Assembly (NCBI GenBank): GCA_017502965.1 | Contig: JAFVTZ010000174.1 | Location: 1-26,055 of the forward strand | Origin: Clostridia bacterium | Lineage (GTDB): Bacteria; Bacillota; Clostridia; Oscillospirales; Acutalibacteraceae | DNA: 26,055 bases | Reading direction: 5' to 3' | Part shown: piece after piece, positions 9,001-17,380 of the stretch | Layout: each line of letters opens with the position of its first letter | How positions within the stretch are numbered: the first letter of the stretch is position 1 | The notes under the pieces: model-generated | What the model was told of the DNA's origin: nothing | The model's input: only the letters and a program-made list of their open reading frames with translations | The model's database searches: none | Made by a program: the position numbers and the translations under genes

Positions 9001-9455
9001 GATTTGAGTTTTGCGGTGAGAACATATCTTGTATTGCTTTCAACATTTAAAAGGTATTTTGCATAGGTCTGTGATTCTCCTGCTTCTGCCTGATTAAAAC
9101 GAAGTGCGGCAGAACCGTCAACCCCTACACCTGACTGAACGGTATAGACATCGCTCCACACACCCTGCTCGGACCAATTATCTGCAGTTATTGCACCGCC
9201 TTTATTAACTGCTGCGCCTTCGAAATCTGATTTTTTAATCAGATTTTCTCCTACAGCACTGTAAGGCGAACTTTTGTCAAACAAAGGACTGTAATTAAAG
9301 GTTTCCTTATAAGGGGCTATCCATTCGCCCTTATTCATTGCGATTTCAAAATCGGATAAATTATTACCTTTATTAACCGATGCCTTTTGTGTATCAGAGC
9401 AGGCGGTAGCAGTTATCAGGAAAAGACATAAAAGACAGCATAACAGCCTCTTCAT
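6069..9455 (-). CDS. Putative lipoprotein glycoside hydrolase (~1128 aa): CBM4/9/16-like domain, second beta-domain, putative TIM barrel, GH42-type trimerisation (GATase-like) domain, C-terminal beta-domain
   Basis: Start moved from 9500 to the ATG at 9455 because AAAGGAG lies at 9466-9472. Signal with lipobox-like ITATAC. CBM-like GENLIKKSDFEG..GVDGSAALRF..VESNTRYVLTAKLK..YLDDLCVY. Alternating beta/alpha region ~8050-7260. GH42_M-like QYDTLVYCG..IAKLEEYVKKGGNLIIAAG. Confidence 0.7.
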   Translation of the reverse strand: MKRLLCCLLCLFLITATACSDTQKASVNKGNNLSDFEIAMNKGEWIAPYKETFNYSPLFDKSSPYSAVGENLIKKSDFEGAAVNKGGAITADNWSEQGVWSDVYTVQSGVGVDGSAALRFNQAEAGESQTYAKYLLNVESNTRYVLTAKLKSVNLSSPAIKVSGNDTGALLGQTAGGFDDFWDEVSFVFDSGENKQVAITFLGNSESTDYINCLSGTSYLDDLCVYKTVSGDIERVEHDYRLDPTFSYEKWKGQSPSGYRWGISEMWWYNNAKVFSYNAIPTVYCPNSSYFHLSGRPKSGKVGYFGFEITWEWKLEKGYGYQFSVNMPFVGEDPDIITANDKIVWTKAYDNYDSYTHKNGIVFEYVPTQDEYVRIRFICETGIERGKSTNCSRRILPPPNGNWTDRSIVCQRTDMLKAPNYTKYDLHEKTDFISCSETEGAKLLRSSIADSVDIDSIESIPKVDYKVSDTIVYDLCLNILNDDCLEAAKRLKIDSLTFIPHQNKGTQNFEKWAERAKSIGVKHMKLYTVMPLNDRGDYEFTQLITMANKSPETLQKGLKATADVANRWLELVPDGKVTICFCEMESWFGMWDKGIENTVLGTYAGYESVKQGGMNAYYTIQKYLKGANNTLLSMIDKREQACIMYNTSRAGFDLTNLVNAGADLIYSKGTNRSSYNITLASARGAGNSFDMEYGVGWDTYDRDYWYGFGNDAVLTGFLSLFHGGVDGIFNEIPCTSDSGKNVSTQGAAWLDGIRYAKTHPEVGETVVNIGIVRGEGDDWFRCAGLSAAWEQSDNVYWAEMFNAFKMENVPTKWAAAAKTNLTGKSIPISDTYWNDYTLLDVIFADYCDKSGRTNMERIFTGTPYGPANIISDTTSLDKLMQYDTLVYCGRGQTITKEKIAKLEEYVKKGGNLIIAAGQFKDENSKLVVDKFAGISLTKQKIVDGLPYTYIEGTESAKKVKIIERHKNGDPLALYSEFGDGNVTLFSGEYLTSYDADVTREVLTAYLAKNTAVTFSKNAKYIEYTPNIKGKSLVIPFINQGRGYYPSGNGKDNGVYNGNVAVDLSKFGISAKDITVYRVLQNIDGTRALELTEIDFKVEKNTVVFNINVPVLDEIVIGPKSQAEKDFFS

Positions 9456-9475
9456 AATGTCAATACTCCTTTCCA

Positions 9476-10795
9476 TTATTTCGAAATTGTTGCCTGCCAA
9501 GCATCGTCAATAGCCTTCATAGCGGCAGTTGCGGTCATCTCGCCTTTGAGAGCCTTGTTAACACCCTGAACAACAACTATATCCCAATAAGGATCGGGGA
9601 AATCAAGATGCTCAGGCACATACTGGGACTGAACTAAGTCCATACATACATCTACGGATTCCTCATCCCAGGTGTAATTTTCAAAACCGCTGAGAAGCAA
9701 ATCTTCTGCGTTATCAAAAGGATAATAGTATTCATAAAGTATAGGAAGCAACTTCTTCATACGCTCTTTATCAGCAGTAGAAGCGGCAACCTTGAAATGT
9801 CTTTCACGGATAAGGTTTACATATTCTGTCTGACCGTCACCCAGCGGCACAGGCACAATACCGAACTTATCTTCCATATTGTTCTTGAAGTCATCCATAG
9901 AGTCACTTCCGCCGATAAACATTGCATACTGACCGTTCTGGAAAGCAAGAGCTGGATAGTTATACTCATTTGTTTCATCGTAAACATCGCAGAACTTATC
10001 AACATAAGTAGACTGATATGCAAGTTCGATACCCTTAATGGTACCTGTATGTGTGAGGTTGGATTTTGCCTCGCCGTTTACATATTTTACAAAAGAACCG
10101 CCGTTTGATGCTACAAAGAGTTCAACAAACTGATAACGGGCAAGCGGATTGCATCCCCAGAGGATTGTATTTCCGTTTGTATCGGTTTTTGTGAGTTTTT
10201 TAGCGATATCAAAGAATTTATCCCATGTCCAGGTCTTGTTTTTATACATCTCATAAGGTTCTTCAACACCGTATTTCTCGAAAATAGCCTTATTGAAATA
10301 TACTGCATAACCTACACGAAGCGGCTCCATTGAGAAACCGTAAACATCGCCGTCATATGTAGCGATTTCTGTATCGGAAGCGGTGAAAGCCTCATCTGAG
10401 AAATCAAGATAATCTGACATATTCAGCAGATAACCCTTTTTCGCATATTCAGGATATGCCCAGTAATGACGCATATTAACAAAATCGCCGAGTGAGCCGC
10501 CTGACATAACTTCGGTTACAAAACGGGTGCTGATTTCATCGGCAGGAAGCACGGTGAATTTGAACTCGACATTGTATTTCTTTTCAATGTCCTTCATACG
10601 CTTCAACTGGAGTTTGCCTTCCTCGTCATTACCTGTAGGAGTTTCATCCCACCAGGAAACAATTTCAATAGTATCGGCTTTGCCGGTTGAAACATTTCCT
10701 GCATCGTCAGAAGTTGTGGATGCATTGCCGCCGCAACCAGCAAGTGCAGCAACTATAGCCAACACTAACATAACAGACAAAAATTTTTTTAACAT
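9476..10795 (-). CDS. Extracellular sugar-binding lipoprotein of an ABC transporter (SBP family 1/8)
   Basis: Lipobox LAGC followed by a Ser/Thr-rich linker. IEKKYNVEFKF, VYFNKAIFEKYGVEEPYE..WTWDKF, AFQNGQYAMF and FGIVPVPLG are typical of CUT1 sugar SBPs. 439 aa. Confidence 0.92.
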   Translation of the reverse strand: MLKKFLSVMLVLAIVAALAGCGGNASTTSDDAGNVSTGKADTIEIVSWWDETPTGNDEEGKLQLKRMKDIEKKYNVEFKFTVLPADEISTRFVTEVMSGGSLGDFVNMRHYWAYPEYAKKGYLLNMSDYLDFSDEAFTASDTEIATYDGDVYGFSMEPLRVGYAVYFNKAIFEKYGVEEPYEMYKNKTWTWDKFFDIAKKLTKTDTNGNTILWGCNPLARYQFVELFVASNGGSFVKYVNGEAKSNLTHTGTIKGIELAYQSTYVDKFCDVYDETNEYNYPALAFQNGQYAMFIGGSDSMDDFKNNMEDKFGIVPVPLGDGQTEYVNLIRERHFKVAASTADKERMKKLLPILYEYYYPFDNAEDLLLSGFENYTWDEESVDVCMDLVQSQYVPEHLDFPDPYWDIVVVQGVNKALKGEMTATAAMKAIDDAWQATISK

Positions 10796-10827
10796 TTTGG
10801 TTTCCTCTCTTTACATATAATATACAT

Positions 10828-12273
10828 TTACCGCTTTTGCCTGCGCACATCTGTAGCGCTGATACCTGTCATACGCTTGAAAACGCGGGCAAAATACGGA
10901 TAATCACCGTAACCGCAGACCTCTGAAATCTCCCTTACCGAAAGATTTGTTTCAGAGAGCATTTTTACTGCCATATTTATTCTGCATTGGTTTACATATC
11001 CCGTAAAATTCTCACCTGTATACTTTTTGAAAATTTTACCTAAATATTTTTCACCTATTCCAAACCTCTGCGAAATGGAAGAAAGGTTTATAGGCTCCTG
11101 AAAATGTTTATCAACATAATCCTTTATCAGCGGCATTACAGAATGTTTTGCGCTGACAGAATGTTCGTCCTGCTGTATAAGTATTTCATTGATACAGCAG
11201 TGCAGGTGATTCTGAAGTTCCAATATGCCCGAAAATCTGCTTTCGATATTTTCCGCTGTCGGAATATAATCGAAATTACGCATTGTATAAAGCAGATTGC
11301 AGGTTATAAGAACTGTATTGCTTATAAGGATTATTTCATCAATATTGAACTTGATTTCGGTTGTGAATATGCTGGTTATAAGTTCGTCAAGCCGATGCAT
11401 ATCCTTTTCTTTAACTATCACCTGAATACGCCGCATAATAGAATTGAAAAATTCTATATTGCTTTCTTCATAAATGCAGGGTTTGTTTCTTCCTGTGATA
11501 AAAAAGTTAAAAAATGCCAGTCTGCTTTCATTAACGGCATCGCAAACCTCTGCAACCGAAGTTTTAAGCCCGCTTATTCCAAGCCTTAAATCCCCGAAAG
11601 TTTCTTTAAGTCTTCTGACAGCACCGTCATACTCAATATAAACATCGGTGAAAACTGCAGTTATAATATAATCTTCAAACATAGAAAACTGCAAAATTTC
11701 GCCGTTGCCTTTAAGTTTATTGCAGAATTCTTCATTTTTCTGAGAATTTTCGAACTTTGCGGACATTACCGTAAAGCAATAATTATACTGCTTTTTAAAG
11801 CCGAGATACTTTGTATAAAGTGCCTGACCGTCAGTATTATTTAAATCTTTTATTCTATCAAAAAGTTTTGATATATCGGGGAATTCACGGCTCTTTTCAG
11901 AATCAATGGACTGACCGATTCTTACAAGAGTTTCTTTAAGGCTTTCTTTGTCTACGGGTTTTACGAAAAATTCATCAACTCCGAGCCTTACTGCTCTGCG
12001 GGCGTTTTCGAACTCCATAAATCCGCTTATTATAATAAACCTTATCTCGCTGTTATGTTTCTTTATTCTCTCAATAAAATCAAGACCGTCAATATTGGGC
12101 ATCATTATATCAACAAACACAAGGTCTGCCTTGTTGTTCTGAAGATAATCAAGAGCCTTTTGGGCGGAAGTGAATGTGCCTGCTATTTCATAGCCGAGTT
12201 CTGACCAGTCACAAGCCGCCTTGAGGCTTTCTATTGCCCATATCTCATCATCAACTAATACTACCCTTTTCAC
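10828..12273 (-). CDS. Two-component response regulator, receiver + AraC HTH (YesN-like)
   Basis: GTG start. Receiver motifs VLVDDE, LVFVDIMMP (phospho-Asp), IIISGF and FVKP. C-terminal AraC HTH: FQEPINLSSISQRFGIGEKYLGKIFKK..EISEVCGYGDYPYFARVFKRMTGIS. Confidence 0.95.
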   Translation of the reverse strand: MKRVVLVDDEIWAIESLKAACDWSELGYEIAGTFTSAQKALDYLQNNKADLVFVDIMMPNIDGLDFIERIKKHNSEIRFIIISGFMEFENARRAVRLGVDEFFVKPVDKESLKETLVRIGQSIDSEKSREFPDISKLFDRIKDLNNTDGQALYTKYLGFKKQYNYCFTVMSAKFENSQKNEEFCNKLKGNGEILQFSMFEDYIITAVFTDVYIEYDGAVRRLKETFGDLRLGISGLKTSVAEVCDAVNESRLAFFNFFITGRNKPCIYEESNIEFFNSIMRRIQVIVKEKDMHRLDELITSIFTTEIKFNIDEIILISNTVLITCNLLYTMRNFDYIPTAENIESRFSGILELQNHLHCCINEILIQQDEHSVSAKHSVMPLIKDYVDKHFQEPINLSSISQRFGIGEKYLGKIFKKYTGENFTGYVNQCRINMAVKMLSETNLSVREISEVCGYGDYPYFARVFKRMTGISATDVRRQKR

Positions 12274-15200
12274 AGTTTCACACCTGATTTTCTTTTACGG
12301 ATAATAATTACAGCAGTAACTGCCGCACCCAAAACAAGCGCTACAGCAGCCGCAATTATAACTATCAGTAAAATGCTGACGGGATTTTTGAACTCAATAT
12401 TACCCGAATTATCAACGCTGAAATCCTTTGAGGTATAAATTTCAACATACTGCCCGAATTTATCTACAGCCGAAACCTGAACGGCATATTCGCCTGCTTC
12501 AAGTCCTGTTACAGTAGCAGTTATCTTATCAGAATCTACCTGCGAGAAAAGTTCATAACCGTCATCAGTTTTGCGGTAAACGATTACAGTGTAACCCGCC
12601 GCATTTTCACACGCTTCATAAGAAATACTCAGTTCAAACGGAGCGGTTTGTTCAAGAGATTTTATCTTATCAACTGTATAACCGTCTTTAACTACAGGCT
12701 GACTGTAATTTCCTTTCAAAGCCGAGATTTTTTCTGCTTTCATAGAAAATCCGTCATATCTGACCATAGGCTCACCGTCATCATCAGTGATAACCGTGCC
12801 GCCCTCTTTTTCGGTGTTGGGGTCAAATCTTGCATCATAAGCACCGATGTCGAAAACTGTGGGGGCAACTGCCATAAGATTCTGACGCTCGTTATAATCA
12901 TTACCCGAAATACAGACTCTGAGTGTATCTCCCTTTTGCATTGCAACTTTAAGCTCAGGGAAACTAACCTCTAAATTCTCGCGTGAAAGTTCGGCTGAAC
13001 TCTCATCCTCGGGCCAGATTTTCTTACCGTTTTTAGAAATCCAGACATTCATCGGATTCTTAAAAAGTTCATTGGAAAGGTCGGCGGCTATTGCAATACT
13101 GTCAAACAACTCGTTTGCTCTTAGCAGATATGTTCCGCTGTTCGGAGCAATAAAGGTGACACCGCCTATAGCATTTTCACCCCAAGGGCTGTGACCTGCC
13201 ATAACCTTTATAGCGGCAACACCGTTTACCTCGCATATACAAGCCTGCGGCATTTTTTCGCTATAAGTATTATAACCCCACCAACCGCCGTTTACTATTA
13301 CGCTTATAGTATCGGTATCGTAATATTTAGGCGAGCCGTTAGCGTAAGACAAACCGTCATAAGTGTACTGATATTTCCATACAGAGTCGCCGTAACTTAA
13401 AGCCACACCGCCGTTATCTGAAAGGTCGGGGTCTGCTTTCATAAATAAAGCAGAAAGTATTTCAACCGCATCATATCTGTTTGCTACCATAAATGTAACA
13501 GTAACTACAGAAGACTTTCCGATACTGTCCGAAAGTTTTATTCTGCGGACATCAATGCCTTTATAACCTTTTGAGGGAGTATATGTCATAATTCCCTTTT
13601 CATCTATTTTAAGGTTGGCTTTCGGGTTTGAATCCAGAACATCAAACTTAATTGCTCTGCCGTTTGGATGAATTGCCTTTAATTTTACTGTGAACACCTT
13701 ATCAGGCTCTAAAATATATTCACAGTTTTCCGCTGATGGAGCATGGTCCACAGGGTCAGGCTTCACAAGAGAGATAACAGGTGAGAAATAAGCATAAATC
13801 GGAGAAGAAGATTCCTTATTGTCTGTTATCACAAAACGGATAGTATCCTTAGCATTAAGGAATATATTTTCAATAGTCGGGAAAGCGGCAGAACTGTTTG
13901 CTGCGCTTATCTTTACCGAATAAACCTCTTTGTCGTTTACAAGTATAGAGAATTTATATTCCTTGGTTTTATCTGCGGCTACAATATGTCCGTTAACATA
14001 AGTGCCGGGGATATAAATAGAAGCGTTTCGAAGGTCGGGAGTTATGGTATATGTACCCGAGCGGTCGGCGGTAAACACCATTGCCGCCTGCACATCGGTT
14101 GTAGAAACATAAGGAGTGTGGTATCCGCTTACACTCTCAAGACCTACAGCCGTTCTGTTGGCATATTTGAAACTGTAGGACGCGGGAGAGCCTGTATTCT
14201 TCCAGTCATAAGTAGTAAGCGCTGATAAGGTCTCCCAAGCATCACCGTCACCCACTTTAAACTGAGCCGACCAGTTTGTATCAAGGTCTATAGCCTCCGC
14301 GTTTACAATTACCCTGTCACCAAGCTGAACATCAAGACTTGCTTTCAGTTCATCGGGAGTGTATTTAATTACCTCAAAAGAAGTAACTGTTACATTACAC
14401 TGCGCTTTGATTTCGCCGTTTTCTTCGCTGACAGCGTAAACTATAGCATCTCCTTGGTTTACTGTAGTAACCTTACCTGTTGAATTAACCTTGACTACAG
14501 AAACGTCAGAAGATACCCATTTTATATTCTTATTGCTTGCATTGGAAGGCAGAACATTAGCCGAAAGTTGATAGGAAACGCCTTTTGAGAGTTCACAGCG
14601 GCTGTCAGAAATGCTGACAGATTTAACCGGAACATCTACTGCAACAGATGAATCCATCTGCATATCGAAATCGAACTTGACTGTAACGTGACGGCTTGGA
14701 ATCTTGCTCTGTCCGAGAACTTCCAGACGGATAACATCGCCCTTATAAAGTTTTAAATTTTTAAGTGTAGGTATTGCTACGGAACTTGTTTTACTGGGAA
14801 TAAGTTCAATACCTTTGGGGTTATTCTGGGGCCATATAGTTTTGCCGTTTTTGGTTATCCTTACATAGAAAGGATAATCTTCACCCCATTTAACGATATC
14901 TTCAAGAGTGCAGTAACTTGCAAGAGCAAGACTTATGTTTTTGCAAGCGTCAGACGGGCTTAAAGTATACATTCCGTCAGCATCGGCTTTATATCCTGCA
15001 TATACCCAGGAATCTGCATTGTAAGAGCCGATAATTGCATAACCGTCCGAAATATTTACACTCTGCTTTGAGGTACTGCTTCCCTTTTCGTTTGTATCGC
15101 TGGTATAAATAACCGCTCTGGGATTTCCCCAGCCGAGATTCATTGCATACTCAAAATCGGTATAAACACCGTCTGCTAAAGCGCCTGATATAAACTGACA

Positions 15201-17183
15201 GTCGGTAGTGTATTCTGTGAGCACCTTTTCTTTTTCTATCTTATCAAGAGTAGGTTGCCACAAAGATTTAATGAAATTGAGTTTTTCTGCGGTTACTGTA
15301 ACACCACATTCAGCAGAAAAATCAAAGTTTTTGCATTTTGCGGTTATAACTGCTGTACCCGGTGCTACTGCGGTTATAACACCGTCAGCCGAAACTGTTG
15401 CAACAGTTTTATCGGAAGAGGTATAAACCACCTCTTTATCACTTGCAGTCAAAGGAAGAACTGTAGTAATAAGAGCGTGAGTGCCGCCTTTAGTGAGCGA
15501 TACCTGCGAGTCGCTCAAAGTGATTCCTGTAGTTGGAACTGTTGATTTTTCACTTAAAACCTGAATCATCTTGGGGAACAGTACAACCTGACCTTTTTCC
15601 CAGATTTCGGTTACAAGTTCTATTCTTAATGTATCACCCTCGTTCATTTCAAGGCTGTTTATAGTCGGGAAAGGAACTGAGGTGTTGTTTATATTAAGTG
15701 TAGTAGTATGAATCTTGCTGTCATTGAGATAGAAATTAACAACAAGGTCTTTTGTTTTTGCATTTGCATCAGCATTCATATAATTCACAGTAGATGCGGC
15801 AAGTGAAATATTACTTACATCCGATGTGAGTGAATAAATACCGTATTTCGGTGCTGTGAACTGATATGCAGCGCCTTTTATTTCAGCATCCTGTCTGCCA
15901 TAGAAAAGGGTTGAGAAAAACTCACCGCTTGAATAATACTGGCTGACACCTGCGCCGTTGTAATTCACCTGCGAGGAATGGAATTTAATACCGAAACTGT
16001 TATTCCACTGTTCTCTTGTAACCTTTTCGCTGGGAGCATAATCTGTGCCGTTGAAATAAAGTGCCTGCCAGGCAGTTTTGATATCATTGTCTACAGTGGT
16101 CGTAGCCGAAACATCGCCGATTTTTTCAACCGCGGCATCATAAAGGTCTTTTATCTTATAAACAGGAGCATCCTTGTCATAAATTGCAACAACTGTCTCA
16201 GCCTCAAAGCCGCCGTCTTCAGTTTTAACACGAACGGTGGTATATCCCGCTTTTTTGGGCTCTACAGTACCGTCTTCTTTTACTGACAAGATACTCCCGT
16301 CGTCAACCGTATATGTAACATTCTGATTATTTGCTGTGGGAGGTACTATAACGGGAGAGATATTTACAACCTCATCCATACCTATAATATAATTACTGTT
16401 TTTGAAATAAACTTCGCTGACAGAATCGCTCGAATATTCTGTGAGCCAGATTTCAAAGTTTGTGTATAAATTGGTTCTGCCCCAGAATTCATTAGACTCA
16501 AAATAAAAATCAAGAGTTTCACCTTTGGCAAGAGTTACACTGATATCATCTGCAATGTCAGCAGTAACATCGGCATAGTTATTAAGGGTCAGAGTTTTGG
16601 AAAACAGCATTGTCTGCCCGTGCATTATTTTAAATGTCTGTGTAAAATACTCGGGTTTCATACCGCTGTAACTCTGAGGAGAGGTAAGAAGCATTGACTT
16701 GCCACCTGCTCCCGTAACTTCAAGAGGCACTACCTTATATATACCTGATTCAGGTGCTGTGAAAGCAAGTTTTATCATACCTCCGCTCTGACTTGTAGCC
16801 AGACGGCTTCCTACAGAATTTCCGTAAGATTCACTGCAAAGGAAATTACAGTTATTATGATGACCGTTAGTATCTGTGGCTGACAGTTCGGATATATGAA
16901 GATCGTTTTTGGATTTATCTCTCCATGTGCTGTCCATAGGGGCAAGCGTTGCCTCATAATAAGAACCTGAAACATAAAAATCTATACCCGAATAATCAAC
17001 CGTGCTTCGGGCATCTTTGGGTGCATTTACAGCCTTACTCATAAATTGCTCATACGGGTTATAGCGAGCATAATATTCCACGCTGTCATTATTCTGAGTT
17101 GCGGTGGTAGGTATAAAAACCGTTGCAACTACCAACACAAGAATAAGTGCCGTAATCTTTTTGGCAAGCGTAAAGATTTTCAT
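12270..17183 (-). CDS. 1637-aa membrane-anchored cell-surface repeat protein: five uncharacterised ~200-aa beta modules interleaved with three Big_2 Ig-like domains and one cadherin-like domain, then an FN3-like domain and a C-terminal TM anchor
   Basis: RBS GGGAGG and an N-terminal signal peptide. Big_2 motifs (V.P.TA.NK.V.W.SSD..V..V...G.VTAV..G.A) at ~16420-16180, ~15540-15290 and ~14635-14385. Cadherin-like TYTPSKGYKGID at ~13745-13485. TVTGLEAGEYAVQVSAVD (FN3-like). TM ILLIVIIAAAVALVLGAAVTAVIII followed by RKRKSGVKL. Confidence 0.88.
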   Translation of the reverse strand: MKIFTLAKKITALILVLVVATVFIPTTATQNNDSVEYYARYNPYEQFMSKAVNAPKDARSTVDYSGIDFYVSGSYYEATLAPMDSTWRDKSKNDLHISELSATDTNGHHNNCNFLCSESYGNSVGSRLATSQSGGMIKLAFTAPESGIYKVVPLEVTGAGGKSMLLTSPQSYSGMKPEYFTQTFKIMHGQTMLFSKTLTLNNYADVTADIADDISVTLAKGETLDFYFESNEFWGRTNLYTNFEIWLTEYSSDSVSEVYFKNSNYIIGMDEVVNISPVIVPPTANNQNVTYTVDDGSILSVKEDGTVEPKKAGYTTVRVKTEDGGFEAETVVAIYDKDAPVYKIKDLYDAAVEKIGDVSATTTVDNDIKTAWQALYFNGTDYAPSEKVTREQWNNSFGIKFHSSQVNYNGAGVSQYYSSGEFFSTLFYGRQDAEIKGAAYQFTAPKYGIYSLTSDVSNISLAASTVNYMNADANAKTKDLVVNFYLNDSKIHTTTLNINNTSVPFPTINSLEMNEGDTLRIELVTEIWEKGQVVLFPKMIQVLSEKSTVPTTGITLSDSQVSLTKGGTHALITTVLPLTASDKEVVYTSSDKTVATVSADGVITAVAPGTAVITAKCKNFDFSAECGVTVTAEKLNFIKSLWQPTLDKIEKEKVLTEYTTDCQFISGALADGVYTDFEYAMNLGWGNPRAVIYTSDTNEKGSSTSKQSVNISDGYAIIGSYNADSWVYAGYKADADGMYTLSPSDACKNISLALASYCTLEDIVKWGEDYPFYVRITKNGKTIWPQNNPKGIELIPSKTSSVAIPTLKNLKLYKGDVIRLEVLGQSKIPSRHVTVKFDFDMQMDSSVAVDVPVKSVSISDSRCELSKGVSYQLSANVLPSNASNKNIKWVSSDVSVVKVNSTGKVTTVNQGDAIVYAVSEENGEIKAQCNVTVTSFEVIKYTPDELKASLDVQLGDRVIVNAEAIDLDTNWSAQFKVGDGDAWETLSALTTYDWKNTGSPASYSFKYANRTAVGLESVSGYHTPYVSTTDVQAAMVFTADRSGTYTITPDLRNASIYIPGTYVNGHIVAADKTKEYKFSILVNDKEVYSVKISAANSSAAFPTIENIFLNAKDTIRFVITDNKESSSPIYAYFSPVISLVKPDPVDHAPSAENCEYILEPDKVFTVKLKAIHPNGRAIKFDVLDSNPKANLKIDEKGIMTYTPSKGYKGIDVRRIKLSDSIGKSSVVTVTFMVANRYDAVEILSALFMKADPDLSDNGGVALSYGDSVWKYQYTYDGLSYANGSPKYYDTDTISVIVNGGWWGYNTYSEKMPQACICEVNGVAAIKVMAGHSPWGENAIGGVTFIAPNSGTYLLRANELFDSIAIAADLSNELFKNPMNVWISKNGKKIWPEDESSAELSRENLEVSFPELKVAMQKGDTLRVCISGNDYNERQNLMAVAPTVFDIGAYDARFDPNTEKEGGTVITDDDGEPMVRYDGFSMKAEKISALKGNYSQPVVKDGYTVDKIKSLEQTAPFELSISYEACENAAGYTVIVYRKTDDGYELFSQVDSDKITATVTGLEAGEYAVQVSAVDKFGQYVEIYTSKDFSVDNSGNIEFKNPVSILLIVIIAAAVALVLGAAVTAVIIIRKRKSGVKL

Positions 17184-17301
17184 TTATAGTCCTCCCAATT
17201 TTAATCTACTTAAATTTTAACCAATTTTTGAACATCTGTATATGTCGGTTTTCTCTTTTTTGTATGTACTTTTTTCTATACCGAATGGGTTTTTTGTGCA
17301 T

Positions 17302-17329
17302 ATTGTAACAAAAAGGCTTGTGTTACAAT
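17302..17329. promoter_or_regulatory. Perfect 9-10-9 inverted repeat in the divergent intergenic region: operator and/or symmetric pair of extended -10 elements
   Basis: ATTGTAACA-aaaaggcttg-TGTTACAAT. Each arm reads TGnTACAAT (extended -10-like) pointing outward towards its own operon. Confidence 0.55.
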
Positions 17330-17380
17330 GTAAAAGTAAAATGTGGCATATTATGCACTCAATCAGAAAGAGGGTTGTTT

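Noticed and set aside
9456-9500. Track start at 9500 for the GH-like gene
   Set aside because: It overlaps the upstream SBP. The strong RBS and the signal peptide fit the ATG at 9455.
12830-17090. Repeats in the 1637-aa gene as a CRISPR array, diversity-generating retroelement or shufflon
   Set aside because: The repeats are diverged and visible only at protein level. There are no identical DNA direct repeats with spacers, and no reverse transcriptase, recombinase or Cas gene in the window.
17240-17345. A/T tracts as possible phased bends or direct-repeat sites for the AraC regulator; CcpA cre or Rex site
   Set aside because: The tract spacing is irregular and not helical. There is no convincing match to the cre or Rex consensus.
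17318-17380. Track start at 17318 for the large SBP, and ORF 17242..17493
   Set aside because: The GTG has no RBS and lies inside the promoter palindrome. The ATG at 17381 has an RBS and begins a clean signal peptide. The 83-aa ORF has no coding features.
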